Of a stretch of 33,244 bases of DNA, positions 9,501-17,600 are shown piece by piece. The DNA is taken from positions 9,264,861-9,298,104 of the forward strand of contig NC_068981.1 of assembly GCF_001194135.2 (NCBI RefSeq), in the 5' to 3' direction. The first letter of the stretch is position 1. Each line of letters starts with the position of its first letter. The notes below the pieces were generated by a model that saw only the letters and a program-made list of their open reading frames with translations, made no database searches and was not told the origin of the DNA. Made by a program: the position numbers and the translations under genes. Origin of the DNA: Octopus bimaculoides. Lineage: Eukaryota.

Positions 9501-11243
9501 ACGGTAAGATATAATTACTTCATGTTGTAGAGTTTGAAATTTGGTTTTATGGAAATTATTTCAATAGATTAATTGACATTTGATATTTATTGAAATAACG
9601 TGGAGAATAATTGTATCTAAGAATAAACAGTTTTGCTATCTAAAATTTAAGTCCAATTAATAATAAGAATAATTAACATTGTATAATATGTAAAACTTAT
9701 GACATTTATTTGTATCATCTTACAAAGAGAAAATGCTCGTCAGTTTTTTCAATGGAGGTCATTTAAATATTTGACAGTTTTTAAATTTTGCATCAAGGAA
9801 TGTTCTGCAACAGTCATTTTAAATCTCATTCATTTTCCAGTGGTTTTGATGAAAATTGTTTTTGTTTTTATTAACAGAGATCTAGCAAACGAACTGCTTC
9901 AAATGCAAGGTAAGTTTCCTTTCCTCTAATAAATATTTTGAGTTTCTTATTATTGCTACATAAATGCTATTAGAAGATTGCTTTCATATCTGACATCCAT
10001 TTATATCCGCATTCAATTCCAGGCTTTTTGTATCTGGAACCAAAAGTTCTTTTCAGCAGAAATTTCTCAGATTGTGTAACATTAAATGCTAACAACAACA
10101 ACAACAACAACAACAACTGCCTCTCATCTTTATGAGAAAAGCGACTTTCCAGTTATTGTCCATAGTGTTGGTGGTCAAACTGAGAATGTTACTTTTCATT
10201 AATCTAGACTCTCAGTGAACATAGCTGCTAGAATAAGAATTGTCTGGGCAAAGTTCAGAGAGCTTCTATCCCTCAGAGTAAAGAGCAGATTGTATGAGGA
10301 GGCCTGAGTGCAAACAGCCATGCTACACTGACAGTGAAACATGGTCTGTGATTGCAGAGGACATGTATTGGTATGGTCATGTGATGCATACGGATGAGCA
10401 CAACTGCATAAAAAAAAGTGCCAATCTCTAACTGTAGAGAGAACCTGTGGAAAAGGTAGAGCTAGGAAGACATGGGATAAGGTGCTGAAGCATGCTCTTT
10501 GGATATTGGGCCTCATGGAAGTGATGACAAAGACCTTTGGTGATTTACTGTGGTCAAGCTTAGTGAAATCATAGTCATGACCAGTACACTATGGAGTGGT
10601 TGGCATTAGGAAGGGCAACCAGCTGTAGAAATCGAAACAGACTGGAGCCTTGTGCTGCTTGCACTAAACGATGCTGATGATTTAATTATCATCACGGTAA
10701 CTATTTTACTAATGATTTTTATTATGTATTCTGTAGGCAACAAACCCCCTTGACGAACTGGTCATCTTCACAGTTTTTAATGACCCCTGCAATCACACCA
10801 AAGTTTGATCCCAGGTGAGTGATCCTACTTTTCTTAAATTCATCTAAAGTGAAAGTAAGTTAAATGAAAAGCCCCATCTCATCATAGGGGCTGTAGAAAG
10901 TTCATTTTGAATACTAATATTGTATTATTTTTTCTATCGGTTCTAAGGTTGCCTATCACTCCATTTGATCGCAGTCCCAGACAAGGTGAAAGATTCATGT
11001 CTTTAGAAGGAAGCCCAGTTGTTGTTCGGTCTCAAAATAAAATTGACAAAATCAGGGAACGAGTAAGTAAAATAACCCATGAAAATTACTGCTTTGTGCT
11101 GTAATAATGTCTTCCTTTTAACTTTTTATTTTTATCCTTTTTTTTTTTTTTTATAGATCAGTACAGCACTTATGAATGAAGCTCTTGCAGGAACTGAGTC
11201 TATAAAAATACTGAATGAGGTCTTAGAAGTGATAAAAGAATGA
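555..11243 (+). CDS. CDCA8: Borealin (chromosomal passenger complex subunit), 5'-partial spliced gene: join(555-582,2998-3043,4036-4090,5890-5917,6570-6608,7967-7997,9443-9503,9878-9909,10737-10814,10948-11062,11157-11243)
   Basis: All 11 exons are AG/GT bounded with compatible phases and total 600 nt with no internal stop: TFQKVAGDCATSLQMFDLQEAPSTVKRTKLKTVPENNFPLFEKPLIENQLLTGPSFTDLCPFQPTDAIDMSIQRTLRQRRPRNTKGSMQAPSTIKTRSSKRTASNARQQTPLTNWSSSQFLMTPAITPKFDPRLPITPFDRSPRQGERFMSLEGSPVVVRSQNKIDKIRERISTALMNEALAGTESIKILNEVLEVIKE*. TPAITPKFDPR and RSPRQGE..S..GSP match the Borealin motifs as I recall them (human TPGLTPRFDSR...RTPAAGERIYNISGNGSP). The N-terminal helix is not in the window. Confidence 0.8.
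681..1571 (+). mobile_element. RTE-clade non-LTR retrotransposon fragment (RT with internal PHD finger), degenerate
   Basis: EKAFDRVP* ... GVHQGSALSP ... ELLYADDL ... GLRVNVAKTK ... C4HC3 ... VDSFRYLG (track ORF 956-1480); in-frame stops upstream; ends in a 3'UTR repeat unit. Confidence 0.9.
1572..2849 (+). mobile_element. Decayed, internally deleted piggyBac-like DNA transposon
   Basis: Frameshifted transposase N-terminus (MASTSNNSNFEG; IYESSSDE; FFETVAEETNRF; WQPTDTAEMQTFFAL) at 1855-2190; right end ...ctaaaggg|ctaa resembles a piggyBac TIR plus mutated TTAA; boundaries approximate. Confidence 0.65.
2998..3043 (+). CDS. CDCA8: Borealin exon (46 nt, ATSLQMFDLQEAPSTV)
   Basis: ttatttag|CAAC...CTGT|gtaggt; bridges phase 1 to phase 2; an alternative donor exists at 3048. 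Confidence 0.6.
3211..3385 (-). mobile_element. RTE LINE 3' ORF-end fragment
   Basis: Similar to the ORF end of the 12678-14124 copy. Confidence 0.7.
3410..3730 (+). mobile_element. CR1/L2-type LINE fragments (RT and C-terminus)
   Basis: WLQDFLKDRSQ...SGIPQGTVLGPLLF, then KKQLGNFLSEIPDEP. Confidence 0.75.
3815..3945 (+). mobile_element. RTE 3'-tail/SINE tail fragment
   Basis: aagggcatccagc...catgccagcatg...gttaaatgatga shared with other copies. Confidence 0.7.
4036..4090 (+). CDS. CDCA8: Borealin exon (55 nt, KRTKLKTVPENNFPLFEK)
   Basis: ttttag|G...AAG|gtat; only one open frame. Confidence 0.75.
4300..4597 (-). mobile_element. tRNA-derived SINE
   Basis: Minus-strand A-box-like head, B-box-like gagttcgattc, then core gtgtccttgagtaagacactttatttcacg. 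Confidence 0.75.
4846..5067 (+). mobile_element. SINE (second family)
   Basis: ggtggaactggcagaatcattagcac...tttcatcc...taagtaccag; 3' part recurs at 6190-6303. Confidence 0.7.
5338..5579 (+). mobile_element. RTE 3'UTR-derived retroposon with (GAT)n tail
   Basis: High similarity to the reverse complement of 20892-21221; ends acattaaacgac(gat)n. Confidence 0.85.
5890..5917 (+). CDS. CDCA8: Borealin exon (28 nt, PLIENQLLT)
   Basis: tttacag|CCT...CAG|gtgagt. Confidence 0.75.
6190..6303 (+). mobile_element. SINE 3' fragment
   Basis: tttgcctttcatc...taagtaccag...ggcagtaaagaaa; related to 4846-5067. Confidence 0.7.
6570..6608 (+). CDS. CDCA8: Borealin exon (39 nt, GPSFTDLCPFQPT)
   Basis: ttaaaag|GG...CAG|gtatca; phase 1 to 1, so it could be skipped in frame. 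Confidence 0.6.
7118..7450. repeat. Imperfect inverted repeat (foldback) containing microsatellites
   Basis: Arm 7118-7212 matches the reverse complement of 7326-7450 (gttaatttcc..aaa; tatttac.tttgtttta; aaagatgtatgaa; gagagagagtg). Confidence 0.7.
7967..7997 (+). CDS. CDCA8: Borealin exon (31 nt, DAIDMSIQRT)
   Basis: cttcag|AT...TT|gtaagt. Confidence 0.75.
8740..9228 (+). mobile_element. RTE LINE 5' region with APE endonuclease N-terminus, degenerate
   Basis: HTLRVGT..LKGRPGE..VDLCCIQEV..YKIFWIGNSDGVGGVGILLAEKWV at ~9015-9226; the upstream part is a putative 5'UTR. Confidence 0.8.
9443..9503 (+). CDS. CDCA8: Borealin exon (61 nt, LRQRRPRNTKGSMQAPSTIKT)
   Basis: tttttaaag|G...ACG|gtaaga. 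Confidence 0.75.
9878..9909 (+). CDS. CDCA8: Borealin exon (32 nt, RSSKRTASNA)
   Basis: ttaacag|AGA...AAG|gtaagt. Confidence 0.78.
10091..10117. repeat. (AAC)9 microsatellite
   Basis: Direct reading. Confidence 0.95.
10205..10680 (+). mobile_element. Internally deleted RTE 3' fragment
   Basis: IAARIRIVWAKFRELL..., WYGHV.., then 3'UTR tail. Confidence 0.8.
10737..10814 (+). CDS. CDCA8: Borealin exon (78 nt, RQQTPLTNWSSSQFLMTPAITPKFDP)
   Basis: ctgtag|G...CAG|gtgagt; conserved TPxxTPxFDxR motif. Confidence 0.85.
10948..11062 (+). CDS. CDCA8: Borealin exon (115 nt, RLPITPFDRSPRQGERFMSLEGSPVVVRSQNKIDKIRER)
   Basis: ttctaag|G...CGA|gtaagt; RxPxxGE...SxxGSP motif; lies within track ORF 10907-11104. 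Confidence 0.85.
11157..11243 (+). CDS. CDCA8: Borealin last coding exon (ISTALMNEALAGTESIKILNEVLEVIKE*)
   Basis: Long poly-T tract, tatag|ATC...TGA stop at 11241-11243. Confidence 0.82.
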   Translation: MSTALMNEALAGTESIKILNEVLEVIKE

Positions 11244-11354
11244 AGGTTTCCTCTCTCTCTCTCTCTCAAAAAAGAAAAGTTTTCAAATTCTTTGGATTTT
11301 TAATTCATGTCATATTCACTATAGCTGCTGCTTCTGTAAAATCTTTTAACTTTA

Positions 11355-11360
11355 AATAAA
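11355..11360 (+). terminator. Candidate polyadenylation signal AATAAA for Borealin
   Basis: First AATAAA after the stop codon; use is inferred. Confidence 0.45.
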
Positions 11361-11371
11361 TCAAGTTTTTA

Positions 11372-11614
11372 TTATTTTTTAATTGAGTCTTCTGAGTCTG
11401 ATCCAGTGGAATATTCACTTTCTGTACAACTACTCCCCTCACTGCTGGAATCGGTAACGGATTCACTCTCTGTACTGCTGTCATCACTATCCCTCACTTT
11501 TAGGTTGCACAGGTTTTCTGTTACAGTATTTACTTCTAAATTATCCATCTCTCCAATTGCTGTGTTTTCCCACTCTTCAAGTTCTAGGTTACAATCTTCT
11601 TTAGTGATGGTCAC
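11372..11614 (-). CDS. SHQ1: SHQ1 last exon (VTITKEDCNLELEEWE...SDSEDSIKK*)
   Basis: cttgcaaag|GTG; part of track ORF 11372-11677. Confidence 0.9.
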   Translation of the reverse strand: MTITKEDCNLELEEWENTAIGEMDNLEVNTVTENLCNLKVRDSDDSSTESESVTDSSSEGSSCTESEYSTGSDSEDSIKK

Positions 11615-14600
11615 CTTTGCAAGTAAGAAAATAAAAACACCAATACATTGATTTCTAGTCATCCTCCAGCTCCTCAAAACTTTAATTAGATCAAATTATT
11701 GATTTTGTTGTGTCTTCAGAGGGTCATTATGCCAATAATATACACACACTGGTTCTATTTCCCTTCTTTATTACTCATCAATTGGTTAACTAATCAGTTG
11801 TTTGATTAATCAATCAGCTATGGTTTTATTGATGTCCTTTCATCATTTATACCCTATTAGCTTCAAGTCAGCCTCTTACTTTGTAGGTTCTATATTTAGG
11901 TAGTTGTATGCAGGATTGGTTCATGCACACAAAGCATATAGTTCAACACATGCAGTGATTTTGTGCCTTAACACAGCAGTGTTGGTGTGGTTTCTGCATT
12001 TTAACAGTATTTTTTTATCATTAAGTGATGATTTCCATTCATTTATTAGAGTAACCTCCCATATCTGTTGTAACAATGTACCATATAAACATATCAAGAG
12101 GATTTTATCCTTAGCAAGTTGATAGAGTACCAGCACAGGTTTTAATATGTTTCCATTCTTTCTGCAAACATGGTCAAATTCCTACACTCACCCTCCAGAC
12201 ATTTGAAATTTAAACATTTCTTGTTTTACAGTTAATCCTAGTTTGTTTTACAATACCATTTCTTATTTGTATATAAAGTCCTGTGACACATTATTACAAC
12301 AGATATGGGAGTTTCTCTAATAAATGGAAACTATCATCATTGTCATTTCATGTCCATTTTCCATACTGGCAAGGGTTGGACAGTTTGACTGAGGGCTGGC
12401 AAGCCAGAGAGCTGCAACGGGCAGCTCAAAAGGTTTCTATGGCTGGATGCTCTTCTGAATGCCAGCCACTTTACAGAGTGTCTGCCGGGTGCTATGTGGC
12501 ACCAGCACGAGATCACTTATGAAAAATACAGTTAACATGTAGAGACCACACCAACATTGCCACCAGGCTGGGGTTATTAAGCAGACAACTGTTGTAAATG
12601 TGTGGGCAAATGGAGGGGATCAGGCACCAAGATCCTTACTTCTTTGAAATGTCATTAAGTTGTACTTTGATCTGTACCATCATCATCATCATCATGGTTG
12701 TTTAACGTCCACTTTCCATGCTGGCGAGCCAGAAGGCTGCACCAGGCTCCAATCCGATCTGGCAAGGCTTCTACAGCTAGGTGCCCTTCCTAATGCCAAC
12801 CACTCTGAGAGAGTAGCAGGTGCTTTTTAAGTCCCACCAGCATGAGGGCCAGTCATGTGGCACTGGCAAACGACCATGCTTGAATGGTGTTTCTTACATG
12901 CCATCGGCACAGGACCAGTCAGCCGGCACTGGCATCGACTACACTCAGAGGGTGCCTTCTACGTGCCCCTGGCATGGGAGCCAATCAGGCAGCACTTGCA
13001 TCGACCATGCTCAAATGTGGCTTTTTACATGCCACCAGCACGAGTGCCAACCAGGTGGTACTGTTATCGGCCACAACAATACTTCACTTGCCTCACCAGG
13101 TTTTTGCAAGTGCAGTTTATTGCCCAATGATTGAAGGGTACTCTTAAATGGGTTGGTTATGCTGCATTGGCATAGGTCACGGGCTATGGTTTCACTTGGC
13201 CTGTCAGGTCTTCTCAAGCACAGCATATCTCCAAAGGTCTCGGTCACTAGTCATTGCCATGGTAAGGCCCAATGTTCGAAGGTTGTGCTTCACCACCTCA
13301 TCCCAGGTCTTCCTGGGTCCACCTCTTCCACAGGTTCCCTCTACTGCTAGGGTGTGACACTTTTTCACACAGCTGTCCTCATCCATACCCAACACATGAC
13401 CATACCAGCGCAGTCGTCTCTCTTCCACATCACATCTGATGCTTCTTACGTCTAACTTTTCTCTCTGGGTGCTTACACTCTGTTGTGTATGCACAGACTT
13501 TACACATCTAGTGGAGTATACTACCTTCATTCCTTGCGAGGTTACGCATGTCCTCAGCAATCACAGCCCATGTTTCACTGCCATGTAGCATGGCTGTTCG
13601 TACACATGCATCATACAGTCTACCTTTTACTCTGAGCAAGAGGTCCTTTGTCACCAGCAGAGGTAGGAGCTCTGTGTACTTTGCCCAGGCTATTCTTATT
13701 CTAGCAGCTACGCTCTCAGAGCATCCACCCCGGCTACTGACTTGGTCACCTAGGTAACAGAAGCTATCAACTACTTGTAGTTTTTTCTCCTTGGAAGTTG
13801 TTTTCTGCACATTTTCAGTGTTTATTACCCCTGAGCATCTGCCACCTACAAAAACTATCTTCCCAGTTAGCCACCCTTTGATGTTGCTGCACCTCTTATG
13901 TATCCATAACTTGCACAGGTACATCTTATGGAGTTTCTACCTATCCCTTTTCTACAGATCGAGCAGGGCCATCTACCTGAAGAGATTTGTGGTTTGTCTG
14001 CCTTCCTACTTATTAAGACTTCAGTTTTTGCTAGATTGACTCTAAGGCCCTTTGATTCTAGACCTTGCTTCCACACCTGAAACTTCTCCTCTAGTTCTGA
14101 TAGTGACTCAGCAATTAGAGCAAGATGTGGAAGCAAGGTCTGGAGTCAAAAGGCCTTAGAGTTAATTTAGCAAAAATCAAAGCCTTATTTAAGTAGGAAA
14201 GCAGACAAATCACAAATCTCTTTAGGTAGACGGCCCTGCTCGATATGTAGAAAAAGGCGTGGGTAGATACTCTATGAGGTGTATCCGGTGCAAGCTATGG
14301 ATACATAAGAGGTGCAGCAATATCAGAGGAAGGTTAACAGGGAAAATAGTCTCTGCATGTGGCAGATGTACAGTAAACACTAGAAATGGACAGAAAATAG
14401 GCTCTAGCTAATGCCAACGGAGGTGGGTGCTTAGAAGTAGTTGATCGCTTCCATTATCTAGGTGACCGAGTCAGCAGTGGATGTTCCGAGAGCATAGCTG
14501 CTAGAATAAGAATTGGCTGAGCAAAGTTCTAAGTGCTTCTACCTTTGTTGGTGCCAGTGACATGCAAAAAGCACCCACTACACTCTTGGAATGGTTAGCA

Positions 14601-17600
14601 TTATGAAGGGCATCCCACTGTAGAAACCAAGCTAAATCAGACTGGAACCTAGTACAGCTCTCCAGCTCCAATCAAAACGTCCAACCCATGCCAGCATGGA
14701 AAGCAGACACTAAATGACAATGATGAAAACTAAAAGATACCTAGACCTGACACTGACCTGAGTTTGAGAGATCATTGAAGAGGTCATGAATGATGATGAT
14801 GGCAAAAGGACTTTGATAAACAACTGATTGATTGATTGATTTATCAAACAATTGATTAGTCAATCAATTAATAAAAAAGTGAAATAGTTACTGTGTGTGT
14901 TTATTATTGGCATAATGACCACCTTCCCAAGATACATCAAAATTTGTTCACCTCAAAAATCTTGCAAACCAAATACACAAAAATGAAATAAATTATTGAT
15001 CTCATCTTGTTTACAATTCCATTATGGTTCCCTATCTGATTGTCATCAGTTAGCTTATTTCTAAAATCACAGGTAGAATTGTCTTTTATCAAGTTAACCC
15101 ATGTTCAGCATTTAGTTTGTAATAAGACGATGATATGTATTTCAGGAACAAGTCACTTGTAGACAAACATTGTAACAATGAAGGAGAAACACTTGAAGAA
15201 ATCCTTACCTTTGATAATTCGGTTGCCAGAGATTGAAGTTGTTTAGCACTGGGGAAATAGATTAAAATAAAATATTTGATACCAAAGTAGATTTAGAAAG
15301 TAAGTATATTATTATTGTGTGACATCATTAATGTTTAGGATAGAGTGAAGACAGATGGTTTCTTTTGACGCCTGTAGCATTAAAAAAACACTTTCAGGCC
15401 TGTATCATGCAACTTGCAATTTCTCTGGTTATTCCACTCTCCTATCCCATGGCATCGACAGCACAATCTGCCAATTAATTGGCAGTAGAAGAGGATGGTC
15501 TGAAAGTATCATAGTCAAAGAAGAGGCTGGAGGTAAGTTCAGGGAGTTATTGCTACAGTTAATAACAAAGGATTTTCTTTTTCTTTCTCCCAGATTGAAA
15601 GGAAGATCGTATGATGCTTGTGTACAAACTGCAAATGCTGCATGGTTGTGAGACATGGGATCTGGATGCAGAGGATTTAGTGAAAGCTAGAAAGAAATGA
15701 AGTTAGTATGTTCCATTGGTTGTGTAAAGTTAATTGAGTAGAAATGAGCTGACAGAGGAACTGGTTATAAGAGGAATTAGATGTACAGGTGTATTGTGTA
15801 GGTGGATGACAGTTGCATAAAGAAATACAATGACAACAAGTATTTTAAAGCCATTTCCCTTGCTAAAGTAGAGGTTAGCCTTCTCCATTTTGTCATTACA
15901 TGGGAAAATGCGAGCATGAAAAGTAAAATTCTTAAAATTATAAACCTGGAAAAGTATAGGACAAACTATTACTTCAAGTAAAGTAAAGAATAAGAAATTT
16001 TATACTTAAAATATTTTGGCAAAGAATGCCATTTCTTCTAATTTATCACTCTTTACAGTTCTCATCTTATAAATTTATTGTACAAAACTGTTCAGTTAAT
16101 TTGTAAGTTTGTCTAATTAGTCCCTTTTTTCTGTATTTAAGGTAGTAAATTAGCCAAATTCTACTTAAATAAGTATAGTATTATTTGTAAACTATAATAA
16201 AATAAGTTTTAATATNNNNNNNNNNNNNNNNNNNNNNNNNNNNNNNNNNNNNNNNNNNNNNNNNNNNNNNNNNNNNNNNNNNNNNNNNNNNNNNNNNNNN
16301 NNNNNNNNNNNNNNNNNNNNNNNNNNNNNNNNNNNNNNNNNNNNNNNNNNNNNNNNNNNNNNNNNNNNNNNNNNNNNNNNNNNNNNNNNNNNNNNNNNNN
16401 NNNNNNNNNNNNNNNNNNNNNNNNNNNNNNNNNNNNNNNNNNNNNNNNNNNNNNNNNNNNNNNNNNNNNNNNNNNNNNNNNNNNNNNNNNNNNNNNNNNN
16501 NNNNNNNNNNNNNNNNNNNNNNNNNNNNNNNNNNNNNNNNNNNNNNNNNNNNNNNNNNNNNNNNNNNNNNNNNNNNNNNNNNNNNNNNNNNNNNNNNNNN
16601 NNNNNNNNNNNNNNNNNNNNNNNNNNNNNNNNNNNNNNNNNNNNNNNNNNNNNNNNNNNNNNNNNNNNNNNNNNNNNNNNNNNNNNNNNNNNNNNNNNNN
16701 NNNNNNNNNNNNNNNNNNCAACTATAATACAAAGAAAAATAAGTTTGGAATGTGAAGACTTGGTCCTTAAAGAGAATTGTTGAATTATTATCAGACCAGT
16801 TGTCACAGACTTACTAATACCATTGTGTTGGACAAAATACATTGCTAAAATTGCCAAGAAGACTGAGGGTGTCTTGGCATCATTTACCAAGTCCTTTGTG
16901 AGCCACTCTCCGGCTATCTATCTGAGGCTTTACATAGCTATGGTGTGGCCTCACATGGAATTTGCATCTCCAGTCTGGAACCCCTATCTTGCTCAGGATA
17001 TTTAATCGTCTGGAAACCGTTCAGCGACATGCAACCACGAGAATACCATATTCTGAACGCCTTACTTCCCTGGGTATGGATACGTTGAAACTCCGACGTC
17101 TGGCAACTGACCTGGCAGATGCCCATAGAATTATTAACCATCTTACTAACAATAACTCTGAGCACCTTTTCAAACTCCACCTGTCTAACACCTGTGGACA
17201 TGTTTACAAAGTCAGAAAACAGCACAGCTCCCATGACTTTCGGAAACACTTTTTCATGCTAAGAGTTGCTAAAGTATGGAACAAACAGCCGGCATCAATT
17301 GTTAGTTGTCGGAGCACAGCATCCTTCAAACCTTCCATGCTTCCTGAGATTCGCCAACACTACACCTGATTTCCTCCCCTCCATACACACGCAAGCATGG
17401 ATCTGACTCATATACTGTTCACTTTCCAGACATTTGTACAATACTGCATATGCTTTATACACACTTTTGACAAGATGTTTTCTATAGATTTTCAGGCAAC
17501 ACTAAAAGCGATGGGGTAAACTTACCATGCTGTCTGTATCCATACACAATAGTCTGTAATGTAGAGATCATTAAGAATGTGATTCAAATTATATTCCTGC

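Larger units (their letters stand above)
11700..14943. repeat. Large foldback/palindromic element interrupted by retroposon insertions
   Basis: Nested inverted arms: 11703-11840/14804-14943, ~11965-12030/12512-12565 and 12024-12079/12288-12342. Confidence 0.7.

Noticed and set aside
11406-11651. + strand ORF near the end of Borealin
   Set aside because: Antisense shadow of the SHQ1 last exon
16181-16890. Long ORFs of X residues (also 31021-31366)
   Set aside because: Artefacts of N gaps
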